Positions 13,761 to 27,373 of a DNA stretch of 64,000 nt are shown piece by piece. The notes below the pieces were generated by a model. It saw only the letters and a list, made by a program, of their open reading frames with translations, did not search any database and was not told where the DNA came from. The stretch's first letter is position 1. The number at the start of each line of letters is the position of its first letter. Origin of the DNA: Octopus sinensis (taxonomy: Eukaryota); contig NC_043011.1 of NCBI RefSeq assembly GCF_006345805.1, positions 54,944,464 to 55,008,463 of the forward strand, written 5' to 3'. The position numbers were made by a program, and so were the translations under genes.

Positions 13761-16700
13761 GATAGATAGAAAGATAGACAGACAGACAGATAGATATAGG
13801 TATATATAAAACACACTACAAAGAAAATGATGACATTGACGTCTATGATCACTCAGCCCACAACACATAGCAGCAAAACCCACCTCAAATCATAACCTTC
13901 TCTCTTTTATAAGTGAGGAAAAGTCAGGGAAACACAACAATGCAGTGTTTGACTTGCAAAACAATTTGGCATAGTCATGGCTGGAGTGCCAGTGATTATA
14001 TCTCTTCTTGATCAGAGGTGATCTGGTGCTAAACAACAACAATGAAAAGAAAGCCTCAATGTGGTTGCTAGACCTGTTAGAAACAGCAGCTAATCTAACC
14101 TCAAATCATTACCTCTCATCTCTATAAAAAAATCAAAGACACTTTAGACAGTTATGAGGTTATACAAAAAGTTGAGGTGGTCATGACTGGAACATCGTTG
14201 ATCATTGGTTTTCTCAACCAGACTTGATCTGGGACTAAAGACTACCAGCACCACAAGTATTAGTATACCAACAACAATAATCTAACAAAGAGGCTTCTGT
14301 GTGGTTCCTCAATCTGCTGGAATTAGTAGTCAGGTCTTCCTTAAATTACACCCTGTGTAATTTAATACACAGTGTCTGAAATACAGATAGATTCATTGTC
14401 AGTGAAATAGCTTTCATCATAGATCTACTCAATCAGGCAATAAAGCATCAGCAATATTGTTTGTACATAACCAACAGTAAGGCAATAATATCAGAAATTA
14501 TATAAGTAATATTAGTAATATTGATTTCTAAAATATTAGCACTGGGTCAGGTCACACATTTTCACAGGTGAAGTTGATTAAATTAATGGTAAAGACTTCA
14601 GTTATCATTCTGCAGTTTCAAGTTGGAACATAAGATAAGAAGATAAAGTAGAACATGAATAAAAACCATACTAGAACTCTGAACAACTATTTATAGTCAA
14701 TTCTAAAACTAAGCCTACAAGACATAGTTTGCATACTATGCAATATACTTTCACTTCAATAGCACAAATGACTACCTTTCTGCACAACTCACACATTTTA
14801 CACATTCAAATCCTATTAAATTGCTCATACACACAAAAAAATTCTTTAAATCAGTACCCAGTACCTAATAACACGACACATAATCAACAGCCAAATATTA
14901 TAATCCACACAACATACATTTTATACAAAAACACGTAACACTAAAGAAACAAGAAACAACAAAAGTAAACACTCATAAAAAATCAGAAAGTGTGACACAT
15001 GAACACTGTTATATGTCTCCCTAAATGAAAATGCGATACAATGGCGTAGAAGAAGCTTGTCTGATACTTTTCAAACCATAAATACACGGGAAATTGTGGC
15101 AGAATTAGAAAATACCACAGAAAAGAAGAAGTATATACACCAGAAAAGGTCTGAGAGACAGGCAAAATTACCTTTCTCTGAGATATCATCATCATCATCG
15201 TTTAATGTCCGCTTTCCATGCTAGCATGGGTTGGACGAATGACTGAGGGCTGGCGAACCAGATGGCTGCACCAGGCTCCAGTCTGATCTGGCAGTGTTTC
15301 TACAGCTGGATGCCCTTCCTAACGCCAACCACTCCGAGAGTGTAGTGGGTGCTTTTACGTGCCACCAGCATGAGGGCCAGTCAGGCGGTACTGGCAACGA
15401 CCTCGCTCGAATCTTTTACACATGTCACCGGCACAGGTGCCAGTAGGGCGATGCTGGTAACGAACACGCTCGAATGGTGTCAAGGCTAATTGACCAAATA
15501 TTGTTATCAAAGTATGAAAAGAAAGACAGACCCAACACTGCAGAGCTTACAAATATACCCAACATATGATGTCATTTGTTTTCAAACTTCCACAAAAGTA
15601 TAATGACCTTCTTGACACACTTTGACATACTGCATGACTTTTGTAAATGAAAGTCTGATTCATACAGTGAAGTTCATTTCTAGCTCTCTGCATAACATGT
15701 GTCCATGTTGTTTGTTGTTTGCTAGACTGGGAAATTATTACCTCACTTGGAAACAAGTGGTGTCTTGCAACAAGGACTTACAGCCACAGAAAACTCTGCC
15801 TTAATGTATATTCATCTGACCCATGCAAACATGGAAAAAGTAGATGTTAAAACAATGTTGATGATAGGAGATGACAGTCCAGGGCACTGCACTTATATCA
15901 TTACATAGATTACTTTCAATACAGTAGAAAATACAACAGTGAAACAAAATACTGAACTCACCACCCAGGTCACACATGAGTACACCTGGGTGTACAGTGA
16001 AGGCAAGCAATAAAAATAAGACTTCTCAATAGTAATTTTTGCTTTTTAACAGTCTAATTTATTGTGTATATATGAAATAATAATTCTTTCTACCATAGTC
16101 GCAGGAGTGGCTGTGTGGTAAGTAGCTTGTTTACCAACCACATGGTTCCAGGTTCAGTCCCACTGCGTGGCACCTTCGGCAAGTGTCTTCTATAGCCTCG
16201 GGCTGACCAAAGCCTTGTGAGTGGATTTGGTAGACGGAAACTGAGAGAAGCCCGTCGTATATATGTATATATATATATGCGTGTGTGTGTTTGTGTGTCT
16301 GTGTTTGTCCCCCTAGCATTGCTTGACAACCGATGCTGGTGTGTTTATGTCCCCGTTACTTAGCAGTTCGGCAAAAGAGACTGATAGAATAAGTACTGGG
16401 CTTACAAAAGAATAAGTCACGGGGTTGAGTTGCACGATTAAAGGCGGTGCTCCAGCATGGCCGCAGTCAAATGACTGAAACAATTAAAAGAGTAAATGAG
16501 TATAGGCACAAGGGCTGTCATTTCGGGGAAGGAGATGAGTTAATTACTTTTGAAAAATCTAAGAGAACCACATGATAATGTAAAAGTAAAGGTAAAGACC
16601 CCCTTTGATCACTAATGACCATGGCATTGCACCTAGAACGTTCCCCTCCAAACCAGCCCCACCTCCTTCCACATCAGGAAAGAAGGTAAAGGCCAATATA

Positions 16701-17529
16701 GCTTCGCACCAGCGATATTGCAACTCATTCCTACAGCTGTGTGAACCGGATCAATATGAAATAAGATAAAGTACTCAATAATACATGGTAGACACTAAAC
16801 ATTTGAATGGACACACCTGTCTATCTCTCTATCTATCAATCAAATCTTTCTGTTTTTTTCATCCATCTGTCTGTCTGTCTAATCCATCTTCATATACTAT
16901 CTATCCATCCTCATTTACCTATCTGTCTGTTTGTCTAATCTATCTTTCTATCTGTCTGACCTATCTTTTTGTTCTATCCTTCTATTTGTCTGTCCGTCTA
17001 ATCCATCTTTCTAATCCATCTTCATATACTATCTGTCCATCCCTCATTTACCTATCTGTCTGTCTGTCTGATGATATAGAAAATTCAGGTAAGCATTGAA
17101 TAAATTAATGAACTGTAGGCAACAGCAGCTTCAATTAATAAATACCCTATTTTTGATGTTGAATTGATTGTCCTAAATGGATCAATAACAAAGAAGTTGT
17201 TAGAAAGTTGAAGCTCCATTCAGTGTGTCCAATGCCATTGACTGAAAATAACTCTGATTTAACATAAAATATTTAGAGCATAAATAATCTGGGAAGGAAA
17301 ATAAGTAGCAAGATACGACATGACACAAATATAGGATAAACTGTCAGTGTGGTTATGTATATTATCATAAGAAAAGGTTGAGAATCAATATGTCATACAC
17401 TGGTGCACACAATAAAGTCAGCCAGCTGCAACATGTACTCAGGTTAAGAAAGAGAAATAATACACTTAGCTACAATACAACGATACAGCTGAAGGCAATA
17501 GGATAGGACCAAAAACAAAACTTTGCTTC

Positions 17530-19075
17530 TTCTCACCCCAAGAGCCAACTGATCCACTTGGCCAAATTGGAGATTGGTTTGGCAAGCAAACACAAACCAA
17601 GTAAAATCAACAACAACATAAGGCAGTGGTGGGGGACTTTCAATCTTACCTTAGGGCAGAGTACTAACAAAGTGATTTCATGGTTTAAATGCAACCAGAG
17701 AAGAGGTTGGACAAGGTTCACCTAAACTCAATTTAATCGCTTTTTACCCATCTATTTTCAAAGGGCTACTGGTCAAGGCACTTGCTTTCATTGATGTAAT
17801 TGGCATTGATGTAATTATGCATGCCAGGAAAATATTGCTGTATAATAAATGTTTGACCTGGGTCAAACAAACTGACCCAGTAGGCTCCTCTCATTTGGTG
17901 ATGGGAGCTGGAGATAGCACGGATATCTGCAATTTTATAGGACTGTATATACAAGAACACCTAAAAGAAGAGGTTCCCATCAGTCATCTCTGACCTGTAC
18001 AGAGATAACACAATGGCTATCTCTAGAGGAACTAACAGGTATACCTTTGACAGGCTTAGGAAAGACCTAATTAGCACCCTTAGTTCCATAGGGCTCAAGA
18101 TAACAATCAATACCCACCTCATCACTGTAAACTTTTTAGATTATGTTAGACCTAGACAGGTCCTACTACAAACCAAACAAGAGATTGTCCTATATCAACA
18201 CAGTCTCTTGCCACCTGCCTAACATGTTCAGGAACCTAGTGAAGGGAGTCAGTAGAAAGATCTTGAACCTGTCCACAAATCAGGATATTTTTGATGTCAC
18301 AGCTTCCAATTACAGTGAGGCTCTGGCATCCAGTGAGTTTAAGGACTGCATCTCCTATATGCCGAGCCCTGGCACACATGGAAGGAAACACCACTGTCAT
18401 TTGGTTCACCCTGCCCTTTTCTCCCAACATTAAGATTTGCATGGGAAGAATTTTTCTTAGATTGGTGGACAAACACTTCACACTTCAGATGTTTGTTTAA
18501 TAGGCATAACTTTTGTGCACCCAAATTTTAGAGAGCAAAGGACCACGTTTCGGACTTCTCCCATCTTGTGAGCTCTGGGACGAAGACCGTTTGCTCAACA
18601 GCAGAAACGACACCAACATTGCAGCCAGAAATGGTGACAACGCCAGCAACAATGAAACCACCAGGATCATGTCCAGGAACAACAGTATTGGCAACAACAA
18701 CAGTGACACCAGACCTGGAGTTAATGAAAGAAACATTAGTAGTGGTATCACATTCAGTGCACAGACACAGAAATATATTAGTTCAACCAGGGGCCGTTTT
18801 AAGCAACATCTGAACTACTGCAGATTCTCGTTTAAGATACTGGAAAGGTACAACATCACATCTATGATCAACCACATATTGTACTTAAAAGAGAAAGAAA
18901 CCCATACATAATTAAATGAAAGCTCCTTTAGCAACTGGGGACTTATATAAATAGGAGCAAACAATGTAAGTGTTGCTTGGCAGAGATAACCAGGATCCTA
19001 AAATACTTACTTGAACCAGGGACCCTTTTAAACTCCAGGAAAGAGGTATTTAGCTCTCATGTAAGGTAACACACA
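17530..19075 (+). mobile_element. Decayed Penelope-like retroelement (RT and GIY-YIG remnants)
   Basis: Frameshifted motifs FYPSI, LYRDN (for YRDD), GLKIT...VNFLD, YKPN...YIN, WF..PFS.N....GR.FL.LVDKHF and YI.ST...FKQ. Confidence 0.8.
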
Positions 19076-19622
19076 TGACCCAACAAACCATCCTCAGAGC
19101 CGATACATTCATACATACATACATATATTCATTTATTCTTTTACTTGTTTCAGTCATTTGACTGGCATACCACCTTAAACGATTTTAACCTAAGAAATCG
19201 ACCCCCACCAGGACTTATTCTTTGTAAGCCTAGTACTTATTGTATTAGCCACCCTTGATGAACCACTAAGTTATGTGGATGTAAACACACCAACATAGGT
19301 TGTCAAGCAATGGTGGGGTGACAAACACGGGCACAAAGACACATATATATATATATATGAAAGAAAGTTTGAAAATGCAATTTTAAACATGTTTATTCGC
19401 TTGACCGGTTTCACTTTTTTAGTAAAAGATTGTCAAAAGTAAAATGTAAAAGCTTTGTATGAGCTTTGTTGTGTTAAGTACAGATTATCACAAAAGTATT
19501 AAAATAAAGTTATACAGTCTTTGATAATAATAAAAAAATTTTAAAAACAGTTTACAAGAAAGTATTTAAGACAGTAAGCAGAATGGAACTCCAAAAAGTA
19601 TTTTGAGTTCAATAAAAATCAT

Positions 19623-19822
19623 GTTTGTTTGGTAGTATATATAGACACAGAAGGAGATGTATTTAAGAATTTACAAAAACTTGTAGAGGAATAACTGACC
19701 TGTCTTTCTGACATTTTCTGACAAGAGAAAATGTCAGAAAGACAGGTCAGTTATTCCTCTGCAGTTTTTTGTAAATTCTTAAATATATCTCCTTCTGTAT
19801 ATATATATATATTAATATATAT

Positions 19823-19894
<72 letters not shown>

Positions 19895-19950
19895 TATATA
19901 TATATATACTATATATTATTTATATATATTATATATATATACTACCAAAC
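19623..19950. repeat. Long fold-back (inverted repeat)
   Basis: Arms about 19648-19709 and 19716-19797 are near-perfect reverse complements around the loop gacaag. The outer tttggtagta/tactaccaaa also pair. Confidence 0.85.
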
Positions 19951-20469
19951 AAATTTCAGAGAAATTTCCCGCAGTAAAAAGTTACAATAAAAAGTTATTG
20001 CCAGGAACTTGGGCTCCTAGCTAAACAAAAGCATTGTCCATCTTGTAAAACTATACTGAGCAAAAGTGAAGTGGGTCAGAAGATCTGACTCAAAGTGCAG
20101 GTTTCAGTGCAACAAGAAACGTTGTAAAGAATCAGTGAGAAACCAAATACTACTTCGGAAAGGAACCTAGTTTGGTCATAACAATTTGTCTGGCAAAAAA
20201 TTAAGAGAAAGTCTTCATTTTTTTTTCTTTTTGTTTGTTTTACAACTGACAGTATTGGAAATTCCCAAAGTGTTTTTATTTTTCTACAAAATGAAACTTG
20301 AAATGGCATTTACCAAAAAGAATGAGTATCGAAATAACAGCTAAATCTCCAATAAAGTCTCTTGACACATACCCACACATCTGTATGTGATGCACATACA
20401 ACACGAATTCTTTGAAAATATCAAAGAAATTTCATGTTAGATACCATTGGAATTTATGGGAAAATAAAC

Positions 20470-20805
20470 CTTGAAATTATGTTTTCAATGTTGTATTCTG
20501 GGATCCTTGTATTCCATTTCGAGTAGAGATTGAGTTTTTTTTAGTCGCCCCCAATAATCATGCCCCTCATGCTGTCTATCTTTCTTGTTATGGACCCCCA
20601 GAGTGCTTCTACTTTCATAATGAGTTGTTTCGTATGGGGGGGGGACCACAGTGGGCAACAGTACTCAAGGTGGGGTCGGGCAAAAATAGAGTAGAGAATG
20701 ATCATGGTGTAGGCATCTCTAGACCAGAAAGTTCTCAGAATCCAGGAGCACATCTTGCGAGCTAAGACAACCTTGCTGTTTACATGGGAACTCCAGCTTA
20801 GACTG
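20470..20805 (-). mobile_element. CR1/L2-type LINE RT C-terminal fragment
   Basis: WILRTF..RD....LY....RPHLEYCCPLWSP motif in ORF 20541-20753. Confidence 0.75.
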
Positions 20806-20808
20806 TTA

Positions 20809-23660
20809 TCAACTATTACTCCAAGATCTCACAGGTTCAACTGCTAGGGTGTGACACTTTTTCACACAGCTGTCCTCATCCATTCGCAACACATGACCAT
20901 ACCAGCGCAGTCGTCTGTCTTGCACATCACATACGATGCTTCTTATGTCCATCTTTCCTCTTAGGGTGCTTACACTCTGTCGTGTATGCACTCTGACATT
21001 ATACATCCAGCAGAACATACTGGCTTCATTCGTTGCAAGCTTACGCATGTCCTCAGCAGTCACAGCCCCTGTTTCACTGCCGTGTAGCATAGCTGTTTGC
21101 ACACATGCGTCATACAGTCTACCTTTTACTCTGAGCGGGAGGCCCTTTGTCACCAGTAGAGGTAGGAGCTCTCAGAATTTTGCCCAGGTTATTCTTATTC
21201 TAGCAGCTACACTTTCAGAGCATCCACCCCTGCTACTGACTTAGTCACCTAGGTAACAGAAGCTATCAACTACTTCTAGTTTTTTACCCTGGAATGTGAC
21301 AGAAGGTGTTCTCTGCACATTTTCAGTGTTTATTGCTCCTGAGCATTTGTCACACACAAAAACTATCTTCCCAGTTAGCTTTCCTTTGATATTACTGCAC
21401 CTCTTATGTGCCAATAGCTTATACGGGGTACATCTTATGGAGTTTCTACCTACGCCTTTTCTACAGATCAAGAGGGCCTTCTACCTGGAGGGATTTGTGG
21501 CTTGTCAGCCTTACTACTTATTGAGACATTTGTTTTTGTTGGATTGACTCTAAGGCCCTCTGATTCTAGTACTTGCTTCCACACCTGAAACTTCTCCTCT
21601 AGTTCTGATAGTGACTCAGATATTAGAGCAAGGTCATCAGTGTAGAGAAGTTCCCAGGAGCATCCTGTCTTGAATTCCTGTTATTGCCTGGAAGACTATG
21701 ATGAATAAAAGGGGGCTGAGAACTGATCCTTGGTGGACCCCTACTCCTACTCGGAATTCTTCATTATACTCATTGCCAATCCTAACCTTACTAATGGCCT
21801 CTCTGTAAAGTGCCTGTACAGCCCTTATTAACCATTCGTCAATCTCCAGTTTCCACATCGCCCACCAGATAAGGGATCTGGGGACCCTGTCAAAGACTTT
21901 CTCCAAGTCCACAAAAGATAAGTATAGGGTTTATATTTAGCTAGGTATTTCTCCTGCAGTTGTCAAACCAGGAATATGGCATCAGTGGTGCTTCTACCCG
22001 GCACAAAACCGAACTGCATCTCATCTAAGCAGACTCTCCCTAATGGGCTATGGCCCTCTCCGTGACCTTCACCACCTGATCCAGCAGTTTGATACCCCTG
22101 TAGTTGTTTCTATCTAGAGCATCACCTTTACCCTTGTAGCAGTTGACTATGGTGCTGCTACACCAGCCATTGGTTATGACTCCATCATGAACTAACTGGT
22201 TTACAATATTGGTGACTAGGCCATAGCCCTAGATGTTTTAAGCATCTCAGCAGCGATTCCTGAGAGCCCGGGGGCTTTTCCTGGCTTCATACCCTTAATT
22301 GCTTTATCTACTAAGGAGCTGTCTACTGGGATAGCTGGTCCTCTACTGGGTCAACATTTGGCAGGCTCTCCTCCTCCCATTCATTCTCCACATCCAGCAG
22401 TCTTTCATAATGGCTTCTCCAAGCCTCTTTCTTTTCAGAATCATTAAATGCAAGTGCACCATCATCCATGCGCACACATTTCTCTCCTGTAACATCACAA
22501 TTTTCTCTCACACACAGTCTTGCAATCCAAAATACCTCAGTTCTTTGGTCCTCACGTCGCTGGACATTGGCAAACTTTTTGGCTACCTGGTATAGTTCCC
22601 TGCTACCCCTAATCTTCCAGGCGTGTTTCTTTGCTCTAATGGCTTTGTCTACCGTACTATTCCACCACCATATAACTCTCAGTCTGGAAGGGACTTTGCA
22701 CCATCCACAGACTTGGTCTGTGGCACTCAGCAAGCTGTCCCATAGGAATTACCAGCTACCTTCTATGTCCGATGTCTGTAGCTCCTCCTCCCTCTCCTCA
22801 AATTTCTTAATGAGGATGTCCCTAAATCTCTGACCATGTGAAGGGTTCTTTAACTTCCAAATCCTTCTTTTTTGGATTGGTCTGCTTCTTGGTATCCTTC
22901 TGGCCTCGAGCCTAAAGTCACTAATGACTAGCCTATGCTGGGGGGTACATCTTCACCCGGGAGGGTCTTTGTATTTAAGAGCAACCCTGTGTCCCGCTGT
23001 CTGGCGAGGATGAAGTCAATCTGGCTAGCAGAGTCCCCTGATTGATAGGTTATAAAGTGGCTGTCTGGCTTCTTGAAGTTAGTGTTGCAGATTAAAAGGT
23101 TAGATGCATCACAGAACTCCAGTAACCTAGTTCCCTCTTCATTTGGGGTGCCAATACCATGGCCACTGTGTACCCCAGTGAAGATACTAGATTCCTGCCG
23201 AACATGCCCATTAAAGTCTCCAGCCACAAAGATGAGGTCATTGACACTCGTCTTTGAGGTAGCCTGTAGAAGGATATCATAAAAGTGGTCCTTCTGATCA
23301 TTTAGTAGCCCTGCATGTAGGGCATAGGCGGAGATAATTGTAGCTGTGCTGTTCTGCGGGACTAGCCTGAGCTTAAGCACTTTATCGCATACCCTAACAG
23401 CCTCTTTGACCTTATCCACCCATTTCTCCACAAGGAGAATGCCCATACCCCCTACACTATCCATGTTATCTTGTCAGAAGACTTTAAACCTATGTGCCTT
23501 GCCTGTGAGGACCCTAGCTGAAGCTCTTCATTTTATCTCTTGTATGCAGCACACATCAACCCGTCTCCTTTCAAACATCTCTACAATCTCACTAGACCTA
23601 CCTTTCAGTGTGCCAACATTGACAGTGCCAACTCTGAAAACCTGCAAGGGAATGTGGAGT
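20809..23660 (-). mobile_element. Decayed RTE-clade LINE (APE endonuclease and RT)
   Basis: Consecutive frameshifted ORFs: GTVNVGTL..DVCCIQE, AGDFNGHV..SQIDFIL, WWWN, QFGFVPGRSTTDAIF, DLEKVFDRVPR..GVHQGSVLSPLLF and RRLRWYGHVLRM. Confidence 0.92.
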
Positions 23661-23826
23661 AAGATACATATGTATATATATATACATATATATACATCTA
23701 AAAAATTTAGATTCAGATGAATATGGTACTTAAGTTGAGGCACCAGAATATAGTACGATATTATCCATACAATTTCAAAATAAGTTGATTAAAATCAAAA
23801 TAAGCAACAAGGGTATCCAGAGGTAA

Positions 23827-23918
23827 TGCAGTACGATCGTTTCATGCGACTCCATTTAATTGAATAATGCAATCATTTCATTACATCAATTTAAAATGTA
23901 GAACAATCTTCAGCTGCA
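23827..23918 (-). ncRNA. Type I hammerhead ribozyme motif with canonical core
   Basis: Minus strand: tgcag-CTGAAGA-[long imperfect stem II]-GAAA-CGATCG-TA-ctgca. Perfect 5-bp stem I, palindromic stem III, GUA cleavage triplet. Confidence 0.65.
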
Positions 23919-24040
23919 CAAAGACATAGAATTTAATTAAAATTAAATTAGATGGACACATTAGTATAATTTTACCCAAAATCTTCAAGAGGATAAGGAG
24001 ATAGACAAAGAACATGTTTTACCAACAGCATCATAGTTGT

Positions 24041-24128
<88 letters not shown>

Positions 24129-25034
24129 GTAAATCCAAAAAGAAGAAAAAACGTGAAGACAGAGGAAGAAAATCGCCAAAAATAGGCGTAGGAGCGGCTG
24201 TGTGGTAAGTAGCTTGCTTACGAACCACATGGTTTCAGGTTCAGTCCCACTGCATAGCATCTTGGGCAAGTGTCTTCTACTACAGCCTCAGGCCGACCAA
24301 AGCCTTGTGAATGGATTTGGTAGATGGAAACTGAAAGAAGCCCGTTGTATATATGTGTGTGTGTGTGTGTGTTTGTCCCACCAACATCGCTTGACAACTG
24401 ATGCTGTTGTGTTTATGTCCCTGTAACACTTAGCGGTTCAGCAAAAGAGACCAATAGAATAAGTACTAGGCTAACAAAGAATAAGTCCTGGGGTCAATTT
24501 GTTCGACTAAAGGCGGTGCTCCAGCATGGCCGCAGTCAAATGACTAAAACAAGTAAAAGAATAAAAGAACAATTCACATGTGGTTATACACACACACACA
24601 CGTGTATGTATGTATGTATGTATGTATGTATGTATGTATGTATAGGTACAAGAGTGGCTGTGTAGTAAGAAGCTGGCTTCCCAACCACATGGTTCTAGGT
24701 TCAGTCCCACTGCATGGGCAAGTGTGTTCTACTATAGCCTCAGGCCAACCAAAGCCTTGTGAGTGGATTTGGAAGATGGAAACTGAAAGAAGCTTGTTGT
24801 ATGTATACAGATAGATAAATAGATATGTATGAATTTGTGTGTCAGTGTTTGTCCCCACCACCATCACTTGACAACTGATGTTGGTGTGTTTATGTCCCCA
24901 TAACATAGCAGTCCAGCAAAATAGACTGATAAAATAAGGACTAGGTTTACAAAGAATAAGTCTTGGGATTCAACTAAAAGCGGTGCTCCAGCATGGCTGC
25001 AGTCAAAAGACTGGAACAAGTAAAAGAAAGAATA

Positions 25035-27270
25035 TACCCTGGCCAAAATAAGTTTAAGACCAATGATGACAGTTCTATTCCTTCATTAATTTATTTTTAA
25101 CAAAACTGTATAAAATTAATTTACTTTTTACAGTTTATGTTGAACTTTTTTCTCTATTGAATAATATTGAAAGAAGGCGGCGAGCTGGCAGAAATGTTAG
25201 CACACCGGGCGAAATGCGTTGCCGTATTTCGTCTACCGTTACGTTCCGAGTTCAAATTCCGCCGAGGTCGACTTTGCTTTTCATCCTTCCAGGGTCGATA
25301 AATTAAGTACCAGTTACGCACTGGGGTAGATGTAATCGACTTAATACCTATGTCTGTCCTTGTTTGTCTCCTCTGTGTTTAGCCCCTTGTGGGTAATAAA
25401 GAAATATAGATATAGGTATTATATATCTTTGTACAATTTGAATAATTTTAATGCGTAATTAATTCAAATGATTAAGATTGTTGGCAAAATAAGTTTAAGA
25501 CCAAACCAACATTATTTTGTTTAAATTGAAAATTTATGGCACAAATGATCAACGAACAAAAATTTATTAATAGTATCCGGTTCCAAAGCCATTATTTTCA
25601 ATTACGGCCTTACAACAATGGGACATGGAGTTTGACAAGTGAGCACAAAAATTACTTGGAATGTTCTGCCATATTTCTTCAATAAAACTATATAATTGGG
25701 ACAAATTTGTTGGTTTTTTTTTAGCATGAACTCTTTTAGAAACATAATTCCTTAAATTCTCTATAAGATTCTGAGGAGGCCACTCAACAACCACCATATT
25801 ATTGCGCTCAAAATATTGCAAAACTTTCCTAGCCTTATGAACAGGGCAATCATCCTGCTGGAAAATAGATCCCGGTGGCATCTGATTATTTAAATATGGC
25901 AGCACATTTTCATTTACTAATTGCAGATAGCCAACACTGTTCAGTCTGCCATCAACTTTAACAATTGGACCAATACCTAAGCTGCTGAATGTGGCCTACA
26001 TCATTCCCCCATCCCACCTCCTGTTTGCACCGTTTTCTTGACACGCTTTAGGTGGATGGCATCTAAGATAAGTCTTTCCATCTGATCTAAAGATGCAGAA
26101 GCGTGATTTGTCACTCCAAAGAACTTTTGACCAGTCTTTCGCTATCCATTCAATATGGCTTTTAGCAAACTTGATCTGCTTCCACCGGTTCATCTCAGAG
26201 ATGACCGGTTTCTTTTGAGTGATCCGGCCAAACAGCCCAAATTCTTTTAAGTGGTTTCTAACAATTTGTGGTATAAAGCTGATGTCAGATAATTACTTGC
26301 AAATGTCCACTGCTGTTAGCATTCGGTTACCTTCAGAGAGCCTATGATTTGGTCAATCCAGCTGTACTGTTGTTTTCCTTGGAGCGCCCATTCTTTGCCA
26401 ATCTTTGTATTGGTCAGTGGCTTGGTAAAGCTTCCATGCTTGAACACAAGCCATTTTGGTGCATCTTAATTGCTTGTTCATGAAGAACACATTTTGCTGA
26501 TGAAGCAACATGATCTTTGATCTAGTAACTGGGCCGATACTATGATGCTTTCCCTTAGCAAATCAATGTGTAACAATATGCGATTATTAAACAAAAGAGT
26601 GCAATAAATCCATTTGGTTTATTAATTTGCATAATCTTGGTACAATCTTAAACTTATTTTGCTAACAATTTTTAAACATTTGAATTAATTGCGCATTAAA
26701 ATTATTGAAATTGTAGAAAGATATAAAATGCCTGTATCATTTGAAAGAGAAAAAGATTCTACATATACTCTTTTACTTGTTTCAGTCATTTGACTGCGGC
26801 CATGCTGGAGCACCGCCTTTAGTCGAGCAACTCGACCCCGGGACTTATTCTTTTCGTAAGCCCAGTACTTATTCTATCGGTCTCTTTTTGCCGAACCGCT
26901 AAGTGACGGGGATGTAAACACACCAGCATCGGTTGTTAAGCAATGCTAGGGGAACACACACAGACACACAAACACACACACATACATATATATACATATA
27001 TACGACAGGCTTCTTTCAGTTTCCGTCTACCAAATCCACTCACAAGGCATTGGTCGGCCCGGGGCTATAGCAGAAGACACTTGCCCAAGATGCCACGCAG
27101 TGGGACTGAACCCGGAACCATGTGGTTGGTTAGCAAGCTACTTACCACACAGCAACTCCTTTTACATATATGGTAAAAAGTAAAATAATTCTATACAGTT
27201 TTGTTAAAAATATATTAATGAAGGAACAGAACTGTCATCATTGGTCTTAAACTTATTTTGGCCAGCATAC
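25035..27270 (-). mobile_element. Tc1/mariner DNA transposon with long IR/DR-type TIRs and a defective transposase
   Basis: TIR ctggccaaaataagtttaagaccaatgatgacagttct at about 25039 is inverted at about 27227-27265, with an inner direct repeat at about 25481. Transposase pieces W.KVLWSDKSRF (25996-26193) and FQQDDCPVH..WPPQ-NLIENL (25567-25905). Confidence 0.9.
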
Positions 27271-27284
27271 ATATATATATATAT

Positions 27285-27373
<89 letters not shown>

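Noticed and set aside
18513-18760. Asn-rich ORF as a host gene
   Set aside because: It lies between the RT-thumb and GIY-YIG remnants of the decayed Penelope element.
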